Positions 18,684 through 29,404 are shown, counted from the stretch's first letter. The stretch is DNA of 64,000 bases from an uncultured virus (IMG/VR IMGVR_UViG_3300023435_000001) (IMGVR_UViG_3300023435_000001), one strand, 5' to 3'. A program made the numbers and translations. The notes: generated by a model not told the origin, from the sequence alone.

Positions 18684-19757
18684 TTAAACCGATCCGTGAA
18701 CGATGCCCGTGCGGCTATTGAAATCAGCTCTAACCTGAGGAACAACAATAGTCATAATCTTGAAATTCTTCTTCATGCCACCATTCGTATCCCACTGCAC
18801 AACAGTTATGTCCATTCCAATTACAAGGCGAATCACATTTGATTGTAACTCAACCAGAATCATATCATAATTCTGCATGTAATCAAGGGTGGTGATTTCG
18901 GCGATACCGTTTATAGATTCAAGACGCTCACGCAAAGTGCGGTCACTCTGAGTCTTAAAATCAGCATCAAGATATGTATCCCAATTGGGTGCTACAAACA
19001 GTGCCCAAGGCCCATAATGATAGCCAGTGTTGACACTGTCTTGTCGTAATGCGATAACATCGTTAAGCAACGTAGTTCCGGTCCAACCAACAGCAGCAGG
19101 CGAAGTGATAGTGCGTGTTATACGACTTGGAAAATTCAATAGCCCATAAGCGCTAGCTCCACCAAATGTATAAGTTGCATTTCTACCAAGGACGAACTTC
19201 TCAACAGACTCAGCGACTTTACGAGCACTTACGTCAACGGTAGTAGTATCTAACGGACTTCCACCATTTCGTGATACTAGAATCTGACGCGCGCTGTATT
19301 GAAAATCTTTGTACGTAATTGGCAAAGGCAGACTTCCAGTGTTGTATTCTGGCCGGTCATTCTCGCTTTCACGAAGACCATCCATACTAACAGCAGCATC
19401 ATTTACTTCACTTTGCGTTTCGGTCTCAAGAATCGTTTTGCCCATTCCCTGAGGAATAGTAAACGTAAGACCTTTGCTCTTAAGATAGTTTGCAAGTTTC
19501 AGCCGTTGAGTTGATGCAGCAACGACTGCGCCATCAAGAAGAAGCCAGTCATCTTTACGCATTGTTGCAGTCGCGTTAGAAAGACACTGGTTTTCAACTA
19601 GGCCCATCGGTGACACATGTGTAACATACGATCGGCCATCATTACCAATATATGGGCGAAGAACATTTACGTCGCCGTTAGCAGCAAGCAAGCGATCAGC
19701 TGGTTCACCCGATAGCCCACCATTTGCGATCATTTTTTGTAAATCTGTTCTATTCAT
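18684..19757 (-). CDS. Major capsid protein (HK97 fold, encapsulin/Linocin-M18-like)
   Basis: LPITYKDFQYSARQI, PLDTT, YGLLNFP, YGPWALFV; follows protease and decoration genes. Confidence 0.85.
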   Translation of the reverse strand: MNRTDLQKMIANGGLSGEPADRLLAANGDVNVLRPYIGNDGRSYVTHVSPMGLVENQCLSNATATMRKDDWLLLDGAVVAASTQRLKLANYLKSKGLTFTIPQGMGKTILETETQSEVNDAAVSMDGLRESENDRPEYNTGSLPLPITYKDFQYSARQILVSRNGGSPLDTTTVDVSARKVAESVEKFVLGRNATYTFGGASAYGLLNFPSRITRTITSPAAVGWTGTTLLNDVIALRQDSVNTGYHYGPWALFVAPNWDTYLDADFKTQSDRTLRERLESINGIAEITTLDYMQNYDMILVELQSNVIRLVIGMDITVVQWDTNGGMKKNFKIMTIVVPQVRADFNSRTGIVHGSV

Positions 19758-19815
19758 CTGGCTTACCTTTCGTTGTAATTAGTTAAGTCTTGTGCTCAAA
19801 ATATCTTTTAATCAA

Positions 19816-20262
19816 TTAATGACAGCCTATACGAACATCAATTAATTGTGCAGTTGATAATGAATCTGCTGATAAATCTTTTGCTTCCATTGCTACACCT
19901 ACAGCGAAGTCATCAGTATCAGCACTATCCTCATCAAACTTTTGAAGAGTACCATCACCAGCACTGCCAAGCCAGTCACCAATTACTACAACTTCACCAT
20001 CAGCTAACAACGCTCGAACACGAGATCCGATATTTGGGATAATCACTGGAGTGGTCTCACCAGAATCTATCGTCTGTGAGTCAGTTTGCCCTTCTAGCGC
20101 ATTTTCTTCAACGAACATTCGTTCGTTGCGTCCCCAAGCAGTCGAGTGCTTACCAATCGTACCGCTAGAGTCAAGTTCTACTAAGTGCCCTGGTAGCAAG
20201 TCTTCAGTCGAGACGTATTCCTCGAACTGATAAGGGCCTTTTACATGAATTCTATTTGACAT
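19816..20262 (-). CDS. Capsid decoration/cement protein
   Basis: PGHLV, IGDWLGSAGDGTL, VGVAMEA; immediately upstream of the capsid gene. Confidence 0.7.
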   Translation of the reverse strand: MSNRIHVKGPYQFEEYVSTEDLLPGHLVELDSSGTIGKHSTAWGRNERMFVEENALEGQTDSQTIDSGETTPVIIPNIGSRVRALLADGEVVVIGDWLGSAGDGTLQKFDEDSADTDDFAVGVAMEAKDLSADSLSTAQLIDVRIGCH

Positions 20263-20334
20263 ACAATGTTCCTTTCAACTTATTAAGTTTATGTTAGTTA
20301 AATACTGCAATGTACTATAGTACTGTAGTGGTAT

Positions 20335-21783
20335 TTAACTGCTCATAACTTTTGGAGGAAGCAGAGGTTTTTCATCAGAGTTACTTACACTGCTAACTTC
20401 TGGTAAAGAATTCCCAATTGCTTGACCGGCAAAATTCGCTTCAGTAATGCCTGACAACTTAGCGATAGCTTTTAGTTCTTCGATGTTCTTCGCTAGCAGT
20501 GCTTCTTTAGTAAAGGTGTTACGCTCATTTTTCAAGATACTTGCTACAAGATCTTCTTGCACTGCTTTCATTTGGGCAAGAGCTGAATTGAGAACGCCTT
20601 GAACTTCAGTAGGAGCTTTAGCAATATAGCTCTCGGTAGTTTCGGGTACGTCCTTATCAGTGTTGTCAGTGATTTCTTCTTTATTCGACTCAGAATCTTT
20701 AATCGAGTCTTCAAGAATTTTCTTTTCACTCTTCAATGCAGCGTTTTCCACTGCCATTTCAGCAGCAGTATCCTGATCAGTAAGCATTTTATTAAGAACA
20801 GATTCGTCTAATGACGCAAGAGTGTCGTGGTCGTCCTTAATCCAACTGTTCGACTTGCTTTCGATCAGTTTATTAATAACTTGTTCTTTGTTCATGTTTT
20901 GCTCCTTTACATTAATATTTTTATCATTTCCAACGTACGTGCCATCTTTAGTGCGATACTCTGTTACTCTAATTACTTCCTCTGTTTGACCTGAGATAAC
21001 GATCGTGTTATCTTCAAGCGTATAATTTAACTTGTAGTACTTTCCGCTATCCTCAAATACGAAAAACGTATCATACACATTCTCTGTCCATGCATCGCTA
21101 TATTTTTCGGTTAACCAACTGTTAATCAATGAACGGATATTGCTATGACTCATCGCGTTATTTACAAGTTGGAGCACTTCTAAATTCGCTTTAATAGTTA
21201 CTGACTCATTACGCAGAAAGCCGGCACCGTCTTCAATTGAACACGCTCCTTTCATATCTGGTAATACAGCTAAATGATCAGGTCGATAATTACGCGCTAT
21301 TGCGATATACTTTTCTCCGTTCCATTCGCCTGCTTCTTTATCAGAGTCTACATAAAGTCCTGTTGAAAGCTCCATCATAGAGTTTGTTTCGATGGCGGTA
21401 GCGATCCGTTCATCAACGTTTTTAATGCGGTCTTCTTCCAACCACGCTTCAGCTTTTAAAGCTTTAAGCGTAGTCTTTTTATCGATGCTGACGTCACCGA
21501 CATGTGCATTCATTATAGTTCCGATTCTTCGATTACTCAAAACGATAGGATCACACGCACTAACACTTTGACCGTTTCGTGTTGGATGATATACTACAAC
21601 GGGTTTACAGTTCCATGCTTGCGGACATAAAGACAATTCTTCCACTGGGTAATACAACGGTCCGCCACTTCCCTCATGCACACCTTCAGTCATCATAACC
21701 ATAGGAGCAACGAGATATGTTTTTCCTTCCATTGTGTCGTACCTGACTTTACCGTCAAGATTAGCGATCATTTTTAATATCAT
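20335..21783 (-). CDS. Prohead protease/scaffold (DUF2213-like)
   Basis: PVVVYHP, ELSTG, PDHLAVLP..GACS; coiled C-terminal scaffold. Confidence 0.8.
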   Translation of the reverse strand: MILKMIANLDGKVRYDTMEGKTYLVAPMVMMTEGVHEGSGGPLYYPVEELSLCPQAWNCKPVVVYHPTRNGQSVSACDPIVLSNRRIGTIMNAHVGDVSIDKKTTLKALKAEAWLEEDRIKNVDERIATAIETNSMMELSTGLYVDSDKEAGEWNGEKYIAIARNYRPDHLAVLPDMKGACSIEDGAGFLRNESVTIKANLEVLQLVNNAMSHSNIRSLINSWLTEKYSDAWTENVYDTFFVFEDSGKYYKLNYTLEDNTIVISGQTEEVIRVTEYRTKDGTYVGNDKNINVKEQNMNKEQVINKLIESKSNSWIKDDHDTLASLDESVLNKMLTDQDTAAEMAVENAALKSEKKILEDSIKDSESNKEEITDNTDKDVPETTESYIAKAPTEVQGVLNSALAQMKAVQEDLVASILKNERNTFTKEALLAKNIEELKAIAKLSGITEANFAGQAIGNSLPEVSSVSNSDEKPLLPPKVMSS

Positions 21784-22622
21784 TTGATGCTCCTATTTCG
21801 TTTAGTTATATTAATAACAGGCATCCATGCGCATCTACAATTGGGGTGAATAGGAATGATTCCACGAGCGGCGTCTATTGTATACTCTTCACCTTGGAGA
21901 TTTTGACATTGCTCGCAAACCCGATCGTCACCTGCTGTACTGAACTCAACTTGTGCAGATACCTTTTCAATTTTAAGAAGCTTTAAGCTATCTAACTGCC
22001 CTTCAGCGTGTGCATGAATCGTTTCTGTACGAGCAATAACTAAAGCTCTTGTCTTAGTTAATTTAGTAAGATTCTTACGAAGGTCTCTAGCAATCGTAAC
22101 GGGACCTTTACCTTGCGATAGCCCATCTGCAAGGATACGCCCCATTTGTTGTCCCATAGTGTCCGTGACGCCCTTTAATTCATTAAAGGTGCGGGTATAT
22201 AATAACTGAACTTTGCTTTGCAGTTCAGGTTGTGTAAAAGCAGTACGGATAAATTCACCCTTAGTTCCTTCGTAGAAACCACCTTCTATTTTACTGACAT
22301 CAGCTACAGCTCTTTCAAACCCTTTTTTATGTGCTGATCCAATATACACAGAAGTCCATGGCTGACCATTTATTTGACTTGAAGTTAAAATCTTTTCGTC
22401 GACTTGCTTTTTTAACCAAGCCTGATACGAAGTTACCTTTTCAGAATCAGTTAAGAATCGGTACTCTTGTCGTAGCGTTTGCAATCTTAATCCAAACACA
22501 TCGTTCACTGCCACCTGTTCATAGACTTCACGAGACAAGCTCTTAAAGCGTCTCGTCATGTCAGCGACGAATTTTCGCCTGAGTAGTGTAGTTCGTGTTG
22601 GATCAAGTTGCAAAACAGTCAT
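21780..22622 (-). CDS. Head morphogenesis protein (Mu gpF/SPP1 gp7 family)
   Basis: IARTET, GDDRVCEQC, PIHPNCRC. Confidence 0.92.
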   Translation of the reverse strand: MTVLQLDPTRTTLLRRKFVADMTRRFKSLSREVYEQVAVNDVFGLRLQTLRQEYRFLTDSEKVTSYQAWLKKQVDEKILTSSQINGQPWTSVYIGSAHKKGFERAVADVSKIEGGFYEGTKGEFIRTAFTQPELQSKVQLLYTRTFNELKGVTDTMGQQMGRILADGLSQGKGPVTIARDLRKNLTKLTKTRALVIARTETIHAHAEGQLDSLKLLKIEKVSAQVEFSTAGDDRVCEQCQNLQGEEYTIDAARGIIPIHPNCRCAWMPVINITKRNRSIK

Positions 22623-22637
22623 GAGTATTCGAGTCCC

Positions 22638-23273
22638 TTAGTTAAATTTAATTACGCCGCCCGCACGGAAAGCAAACCCTGTGAGATCATGTTTAAACAA
22701 TCTATTGCCGTTTATAGCTACGTAATTTTCTGATAGGTCGTATTGATATTCTGCACCGATGAATGCTGAAACAGTTTTCGTAAGTTTTTGTTCTAAAGCA
22801 AGCCCAAAATTCAAAGTAGTAGAATCATCGATCGTCGGGTTAGCTTTAAGAGGACCTAGTTTATAAGTAAGGTGATCAGTCATTATATGATACTTTGCAC
22901 CGGCTTGCGCTACTATGTCCATTTTAGGACCGAGTGGTACTTTAGTGATTGCGGAGATACCAATAGGAATATCGATAATAGAACCATCCATACTCCAGGG
23001 TATTCTCCACCACAGAAATCTTTCGAAGCCTGCATGATTATCTCGCACTTCGCTATCGATCATTCCCAAAGAGAATCCAACAGCGATAGGCACTTCTTTA
23101 ATTTTCCCGATGTTGTGACGATACTGCACTTCACCGCCAAACGGATCATCCATTGGCGAATCATTGCTAATGTTAATAATACTACCAGTGATTACGATCT
23201 CATCTGCGTAGCTCATCGTAGCAAGAAACAACAACACACTACACACAATAAATTCTCTAAACTTCATCTTCAC
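22638..23273 (-). CDS. Outer-membrane beta-barrel protein
   Basis: Signal peptide ending ATMSYA; amphipathic strands; C-terminal beta-signal-like RAGGVIKF. Confidence 0.7.
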   Translation of the reverse strand: MKMKFREFIVCSVLLFLATMSYADEIVITGSIINISNDSPMDDPFGGEVQYRHNIGKIKEVPIAVGFSLGMIDSEVRDNHAGFERFLWWRIPWSMDGSIIDIPIGISAITKVPLGPKMDIVAQAGAKYHIMTDHLTYKLGPLKANPTIDDSTTLNFGLALEQKLTKTVSAFIGAEYQYDLSENYVAINGNRLFKHDLTGFAFRAGGVIKFN

Positions 23274-23289
23274 GCCCTTTCATTAAACA

Positions 23290-24753
23290 TTAATTTTCGT
23301 GTGCTTTCTTAATTACATCTAGTTCTGCTTGAGCTCTTTCATCTTCAACTCGAGCTTGCTCAATTGCGCGTTCATCAACGTGATCGTCTGCCCACATTTC
23401 AGCTTCTTTAGTAATTGCTTCAGCTTCTTCACCGGTGAATCCAAGAATCATAGTTAAATATAATTCAGGCGGCATAAGTACATCAAGCCCAGATGAAACA
23501 TACTTAGACATAGCCTCAGTTCGGTCTTTAGCTATTGTAGCATTGTCTTTCTGATCAAGTTCTTCAAGTGAAGGCCACACGACTTCATAGTCTTGTGGCT
23601 CAGGCAACACACCATATTGTATAAGACGGTCAATAAATGGTCTAACCATTGAATCAGTTAAATAATCATTTTGGCGTTTTGTAACTCGACGATTCCAAGT
23701 CTTATTATCATCAGCGCCAGCAAGCTTTGATTCTTCAGTTCCAAGCAATTTGCGATACGGAATGCCTAATGTTAAAGCGATTGATTTTAATTGCGTTAAG
23801 AAGTGCGCGCTTGGATCAGCTACCTGTGGACTTAATGATTTAGCTGTCACCCCTACTAGAGCTATATACCTCTGAAGCTTATTACTATAATTCGTGAACT
23901 CATCACGAAGTGTTGTTTTCTCTGCGGTAGTTAACGCTTTGCTTCGCTCTTTATCTACTTCGAATGCATATCCAGGAAAGCCACCTTTCCAAAACATTTC
24001 AGCACTACTACCAATAACCTTCTTGATATCAAGAACATAATTATAAACTGGTTTTAATCGAGGTTCACCAAACACCTCACTTGTAGTTTTGTTATCAATA
24101 ACATGAAGCACTCTAGTCCAATGAATCGATTCTTCGGTAGATGTAGACTGCCCATCAATGTTCGTTGAAGAAAATGCGTATTTAGTTGGCATCCTATACC
24201 GGGGTGATTGAGTACTACTTTCATACTCTTTAACAGTTATGATACTTTCACTCAAAGGTTTAAGATACATTAACTCATAACTACCGGGTGATTTTACTTC
24301 ACCTGTTACTTCATCAAACCCTTCTATCGGTTCGTGCAGCGGTTTGTTATCATTAATTCCGAATAACATCGCACCAAACCGACCGATGCCCGTTAACATA
24401 TCAAGTAGTGCTAAATTGTTATAGAATTTAAACTTCTTATTTAACTCACTCCACACTTTTTCAAATTTTGTATCATCACTTGTGCTGTCCTCATTAATCT
24501 CTGGTAATACGTTCCAACACTCTTCAGGCCATAATCTGATAACACGTTGGCCAACACCATTACGTTCAAACATCTTTTGATAATCAGTAATATCAATATT
24601 AGTAGGATAACCACATTCAAGATCGATGTCTCGACTGTCATCAAGAAGTTTGTTGATGATTTCACGCCGCATTGTGTATGCATTTTCAATGTGCATCTGT
24701 TCAGCGTTAAATACTTCGCGTTGCGTTAATCGTTGAACTTTTGCTTGTGCCAT
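23290..24753 (-). CDS. Portal protein (DUF1073 family)
   Basis: IHWTRVLH, GEPRLKPVYN, GSSAEMFWKG, GIPYRKLLG; directly after terminase. Confidence 0.88.
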   Translation of the reverse strand: MAQAKVQRLTQREVFNAEQMHIENAYTMRREIINKLLDDSRDIDLECGYPTNIDITDYQKMFERNGVGQRVIRLWPEECWNVLPEINEDSTSDDTKFEKVWSELNKKFKFYNNLALLDMLTGIGRFGAMLFGINDNKPLHEPIEGFDEVTGEVKSPGSYELMYLKPLSESIITVKEYESSTQSPRYRMPTKYAFSSTNIDGQSTSTEESIHWTRVLHVIDNKTTSEVFGEPRLKPVYNYVLDIKKVIGSSAEMFWKGGFPGYAFEVDKERSKALTTAEKTTLRDEFTNYSNKLQRYIALVGVTAKSLSPQVADPSAHFLTQLKSIALTLGIPYRKLLGTEESKLAGADDNKTWNRRVTKRQNDYLTDSMVRPFIDRLIQYGVLPEPQDYEVVWPSLEELDQKDNATIAKDRTEAMSKYVSSGLDVLMPPELYLTMILGFTGEEAEAITKEAEMWADDHVDERAIEQARVEDERAQAELDVIKKAHEN

Positions 24754-26600
24754 TACAACGCTCCAACTTCAATTTCGCCAACAGTTAATTTGTTAAACGC
24801 ACCTGATGCAGCATCCACTTGATCTTTGTACTTACTTGCAGGAAAATAAGTATGTTCATCAATGAATGATTTGTTCCATTCAGCTTTAACCATAAACACA
24901 TTTCCGATATTTACTTGGTCTGCAAAAGGACCGGCCCGCATTACTTTGTTTCCATCACTGCTTCCAACTTTGTCAGCTTGAACATGATACCCCCTTAGAT
25001 TTTTAATCGTATAAAACGCTGAATCTTTTCCGCCACTACCAGGTTCTTGCTCGACCCATACGTTACATTCACGACCATCAAGCTTTGCAGCAGCTTTTAT
25101 CGCAGCTTCACGCTCATCCATTCCCCACTGCCCGCGTATAACATCAAGTATCCATATGCTATCATTATTATGTATACCCATTTCGACACCTGCGGTATAA
25201 CACCCGCCACCTTGTGTACCGGCCTTATCCCAATACCTAACTCGTTGCTGGAAGTATCTATTTAGTGGGCGTGCATCGACCACAATCCGAAGAGGTTTAA
25301 ACATTGCACCACCGCGAGGCACTGGCCGTTGACTAAATTGACCGGCGTAACTAAAGGTGCCTAATGCCTTTTCATTTGACTTAAGAACACTCTCATTTAA
25401 TCTAATAGGGTCAAGCAAACCACCGACATAAAACTGCTTTACGCGCTCAGGTTGAACGTTATCATCAAGACGATCAGGTAAACATATAACTTTTACTTTT
25501 TCGTAAGTATCTAACATATGCTGCGTGCAGTCATTTTGATGAAGTCGCTGCATGATAAGTGATGTCACTGTGATCTCTTTATCGACCTTACGGGTAAACA
25601 ACGTTTCAGACATTACACGGTTGGCTTTATTTAGTTCGACTTCACTAATAGCTCTTTCGGGATTAAGGGGATCATCAATGTTTATAAAGTGTGCATGCAT
25701 ACCTGTTACAGTGCCTTGTATACCGAAGCTGTAACGGCTACCATCTTGAGTGTTTTCGAAGTGTGATTTAGCTTGCATATCCTTTTTAAGTTTAATACTA
25801 GGAAATGCACGCAGGTATTTATCTGAAACTACAAGATCTTTAGCTTTACGAGATAGGTTCGCTGCTAATGCTCCAGAGTACGCTCCACCAAGAATCTTAG
25901 CTGATGGCATATTGGTCCATATCCAGGGTGAAAACATTCTTGAACACATCGTAGATTTTGTAGTTCCTGGTGGGATGTTAATGATCAAGTCATACTCACG
26001 CTTTTGGCCGTTGAATACCCGTTTAGCCACCTTTTGTAGTTCGCCTGCGATAAACGGAATATGCCAATTCCATACGGGCGTTTCTTGAATGATCTCTCCC
26101 CAAAATTCTTTGATGAATTGGAAGTAGCTTTCCCTCGTAATACTCGCTATTAATTCATACTCATCATACTGTACAGTACTCCCAAGGCGTAATTCTGTAA
26201 GCAATTGAATACGCTCATCTAGCGGTAACCCAAGAGTATCGATCGCGGTATGTGAATTAGTCTGTTTTATAACGCGTATCTGCTTAGAGTGTAGTTTTCT
26301 TACATCGAAATCACTACACTCAATGACACTCTTCTGGAAAACTGTGCTAGTTAATTCACTAGGCTTTGTGAAAGTGATATGATTAAAACTAATTCGTGGG
26401 TAGATTTGAAAACGTTCAGCTAATGCTTCACGTGCGTCGTTGGGATGTTCGCTTAACCATAAAGCGCTTTTCGAAGATGCTGCCCATAAAAGTAGTGTAT
26501 CACGAGTCACATTGCGCTCATCGCTATCTACTTCTAAAAACGGCCTCTCATCGAAGACTGTTTTTAAATGGTCAGGGCATTGTATATCTAATGTTATCAA
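24753..26600 (-). CDS. terL: Terminase large subunit (with ~145-aa N-terminal extension)
   Basis: IINIPPGTTKS Walker A, IDDP, MQRLH, WDKAG, EQEPGSGGK, DQVDA nuclease motifs. Confidence 0.95.
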   Translation of the reverse strand: MITLDIQCPDHLKTVFDERPFLEVDSDERNVTRDTLLLWAASSKSALWLSEHPNDAREALAERFQIYPRISFNHITFTKPSELTSTVFQKSVIECSDFDVRKLHSKQIRVIKQTNSHTAIDTLGLPLDERIQLLTELRLGSTVQYDEYELIASITRESYFQFIKEFWGEIIQETPVWNWHIPFIAGELQKVAKRVFNGQKREYDLIINIPPGTTKSTMCSRMFSPWIWTNMPSAKILGGAYSGALAANLSRKAKDLVVSDKYLRAFPSIKLKKDMQAKSHFENTQDGSRYSFGIQGTVTGMHAHFINIDDPLNPERAISEVELNKANRVMSETLFTRKVDKEITVTSLIMQRLHQNDCTQHMLDTYEKVKVICLPDRLDDNVQPERVKQFYVGGLLDPIRLNESVLKSNEKALGTFSYAGQFSQRPVPRGGAMFKPLRIVVDARPLNRYFQQRVRYWDKAGTQGGGCYTAGVEMGIHNNDSIWILDVIRGQWGMDEREAAIKAAAKLDGRECNVWVEQEPGSGGKDSAFYTIKNLRGYHVQADKVGSSDGNKVMRAGPFADQVNIGNVFMVKAEWNKSFIDEHTYFPASKYKDQVDAASGAFNKLTVGEIEVGAL

Positions 26601-26673
26601 GCGTCTTACCTAATATACTAATGATTAATTTCATTATAGTATACTATGTTAGGGTAAAGTGCTTTAAGGTGCT

Positions 26674-27312
26674 TTAATCAGCCGCTGGTAATAAGTTTAC
26701 TTTGATCGTTGGGTTAAGCTTATCATTTAATGGTAGCCGAACTCTTTCATCAATTGCTCTTGCTATTGCTTCAGCGATTACCACGTTCTCTGTACCGCAT
26801 ACATCATTAATAGCCATTATGATTTGCATAACTATCAAATTGATAACCTTTATACTTACTTTGTCGCCTGCTTCTTTTTCAAGTTTCGATGCTGCAAGTA
26901 CCAAATCTTTTACATTGCTCATTGCGTCTCGAAGCGTGCTTATCATTAAGCTCCTTAACTCAGGAGTCAATTTACTAGTAGCATCGTCATTGTATAATGG
27001 CTGTGCAAGTTTTAAAGCTTCGCAAGCATTGGCACGAGCAATCGCAAGTTCTTGATATAGACTAACTTGTTCATCATGCGGTACATCTAAAAGCTCTTTA
27101 ACTTTGTCTGAAAGTTTAGGTCCTAAATATTTTGAATAAAAGCTTGGCAATTTTCTCCTTCCTGTTTTACAGTACAATGCCGCAGCTCTACGACCGCCAT
27201 GGAATTGACAATTATTAGCTCCACGTAACGCCCATCTTTTACATCGTACTCTAGTTCGTTGTGACTTCGCTTGGCATTGATTTTTATGCCCATCGGGTGG
27301 AGCACCTGACAT
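26674..27312 (-). CDS. Terminase small subunit candidate (HGG zinc-finger type)
   Basis: CQAKSQRTRVRC...CQFHGG; directly upstream of terL. Confidence 0.7.
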   Translation of the reverse strand: MSGAPPDGHKNQCQAKSQRTRVRCKRWALRGANNCQFHGGRRAAALYCKTGRRKLPSFYSKYLGPKLSDKVKELLDVPHDEQVSLYQELAIARANACEALKLAQPLYNDDATSKLTPELRSLMISTLRDAMSNVKDLVLAASKLEKEAGDKVSIKVINLIVMQIIMAINDVCGTENVVIAEAIARAIDERVRLPLNDKLNPTIKVNLLPAAD

Positions 27313-27338
27313 TATATCTACTCCTTATTCTGATATGA

Positions 27339-27367
27339 ATTATACACTAATTTAACCGAAATGTACA
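27339..27367 (-). promoter_or_regulatory. Promoter TGTACA-N17-TATAAT upstream of terminase genes
   Basis: Exact 17-nt spacer; same architecture at 53234-53262. Confidence 0.6.
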
Positions 27368-27564
27368 TTGTTATTTTTTAACTAGTCGGTTAAAGCTTTA
27401 TTCTTGACTAGTCGCTTGGTTACATTCACCTTCATTAGAGATTTCGATATACTTTAATTTGCAGCAGTTATACCCTTCTCTATCTAAGTGATAGATACAC
27501 GAAGTGTTATTACACTGAACTTTTACAATAGACTCAATATCAAACTCAAGACTTAATGATGTTT

Positions 27565-27774
27565 TCATCTTACTAACTCCCTATCTCTATTCCAAATGCG
27601 AATAGCACTCAACATACATCTTTCTCCTGTAATGTCGTAGTCCTCAAAATGTGTAGTGCGCATACCGCATTCACACTCAACCCAATACACCTTACACATC
27701 GATCCATTACCTATTGTAACTTTACTACAACGGCCTTGAGGCACATTGCCGCATAAACATTCAAATACTTTCAT
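27565..27774 (-). CDS. Lar-family (restriction alleviation) zinc-ribbon protein
   Basis: CLCG...YWVECECG...AIRIWNR. Confidence 0.6.
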   Translation of the reverse strand: MKVFECLCGNVPQGRCSKVTIGNGSMCKVYWVECECGMRTTHFEDYDITGERCMLSAIRIWNRDRELVR

Positions 27775-27909
27775 TTCGCTGGTCTCCTTTTACCGTCAGG
27801 CGCATACGGCCAATCTTGATGAGCTTTGCATATGACCTTATTAGGCTTACTTATATAATCATTGTTTAATGCACATGTGTTAGTTGCATGATCGAAACAC
27901 TTACAATTT

Positions 27910-28119
27910 TTACATACGATTTTCATTTAACGTACCCTCTATAACATTTTTAGTAGCTTCACTTATTGTTTCATACTTACCTGATTCAAGCCTCCATTGA
28001 TATTGGTAACTCCAATTACATTTAAATGCGAATTGACTACGAGATACTTTCAACTCTTCTCGAGATTTAACTAAAGCGAACTCATTTAATTGGTAACGTT
28101 TGTCAACTAACTTAAACAT
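27910..28119 (-). CDS. XRE/Cro-like HTH regulator
   Basis: REELKVSRSQFAFKCNWSYQYQWRLESG. Confidence 0.75.
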   Translation of the reverse strand: MFKLVDKRYQLNEFALVKSREELKVSRSQFAFKCNWSYQYQWRLESGKYETISEATKNVIEGTLNENRM

Positions 28120-28130
28120 AGTTTGTTCCT

Positions 28131-28526
28131 TTACTTTACTTGCTTCGGAAGTAACTTATTTTGTATCTCATTATACAGATTTGGATCTATGCTAAGATTA
28201 ATGTTTTTAAGTAAATAAAGTAAAGCGAAGTTCACCGTTTCTTTTTCAGTGAAACTTTTTATATGTTCTGATATAACGACGACCTTGGCTCCGTTAACAC
28301 AAAATGTTTTGTTTTCTCTTACACCGATTTCATGAAAACTCCTATCAAGTGCATAAAGGTCTTTACGGTGTTGTAAATCATTGACTACTTGAGTTTGAAT
28401 AGATTCTTGATACGCTTTAGTCCTTTCTCTACTTTTTCTTTGATTATGTGTTTTTACCGCAGCTGAAAGACATACCACAGCTACTACACCTAGTACAAGA
28501 ACAATTGCTTGGTAAATTGAGTTCAT
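28131..28526 (-). CDS. Hypothetical membrane-anchored protein
   Basis: N-terminal TM; RBS. Confidence 0.5.
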   Translation of the reverse strand: MNSIYQAIVLVLGVVAVVCLSAAVKTHNQRKSRERTKAYQESIQTQVVNDLQHRKDLYALDRSFHEIGVRENKTFCVNGAKVVVISEHIKSFTEKETVNFALLYLLKNINLSIDPNLYNEIQNKLLPKQVK

Positions 28527-28837
28527 CGTTCTATCTCCTTATTTCTAATAACCATCCAACAACTTTTACAGATACATTTATGCTTCGTGAACTTTTTGCG
28601 TTGTTTCACAATCAATATCCATTGCTTCGATTTCACTTTAACTTTTTCACAAATTGGACACTTTCTATGCGGCACATAGTAGTCTAGTAAAGCTTGTCGC
28701 CTATACACTCGACCTCTCTTAGTGTACTCAACCCACGTCTCATTCCAATCTTTTTTGAGCGTTACGCTTGATGAGTTTTTCATCTCCAGTGTTTTTCTTG
28801 CATCTCTAAAAAGCTTGCTCATTTTATCTTTACGCAT
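28523..28837 (-). CDS. Basic Cys-rich hypothetical protein
   Basis: CPIC and CKSC pairs. Confidence 0.5.
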   Translation of the reverse strand: MRKDKMSKLFRDARKTLEMKNSSSVTLKKDWNETWVEYTKRGRVYRRQALLDYYVPHRKCPICEKVKVKSKQWILIVKQRKKFTKHKCICKSCWMVIRNKEIER

Positions 28838-28843
28838 TGCTCT

Positions 28844-29143
28844 TTACCTATTTTAACATCTCATTTTTAAACCAAGTAGTTTAACTCGTTTTCTGAAAAA
28901 CGGTTGGTAACTGATAATGTAATGTTGGACCAGCTACCCATACAACTCAAAAAGCTATCTCTATCTCTGTTACAAATTTGTAACTTATTACTATATATAC
29001 ACTTATATCCTAAAAAACCCGTTGTATATATATATATATATAATAAAGGGTATTAGTAGGGTATACAGGCAGATAGGACTATATATTTGGGGTTGTATAA
29101 TCAGTTGGTTGGACATTACATTATCAGTTACCAAAAGTGTGCA
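28844..29143. repeat. 300-bp dispersed repeat, copy 1 (22-bp inverted repeats 28904-28925/29113-29134 around (TA)9)
   Basis: TTGGTAACTGATAATGTAATGT ... ACATTACATTATCAGTTACCAA; homologous to 53894-54193. Confidence 0.95.
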
Positions 29144-29220
29144 CAGACCGTTAACTAAGTGGTTAAAGGTTTATTTTTGATTTCAAACAATAATCTGCGC
29201 CCATTTATTGAGATAAACCT

Positions 29221-29404
29221 CTTGTAGATTTAAAAAGTATCGGTATAACTTCCTTGTAGATTTAAAAAGTAGCGGTATAACTTCCTTGTAGATTTAAAAA
29301 GTAGCGGTATAACTTCCTTGTAGATTTAAAAAGTAGCGGTATAACTTCCTTGTAGATTTAAAAAGTGGCGGTATAACTTCCTTGTAGATTTAAAAAGTGG
29401 CGGT
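29221..29404. repeat. ~5.75 x 32-bp tandem repeat (iteron-like)
   Basis: Unit CTTGTAGATTTAAAAAGTAGCGGTATAACTTC, contiguous with no spacers. Confidence 0.95.

Noticed and set aside
18684..19757. Cellular encapsulin nanocompartment
   Set aside because: Context with portal, protease, decoration and connector genes shows it is the phage capsid.
28904..29134. MITE/IS element
   Set aside because: No target-site duplication or transposase; homology with copy 2 continues outside the inverted repeats.
29221..29404. CRISPR array
   Set aside because: The 32-bp units are contiguous with no unique spacers, and no cas genes are present.
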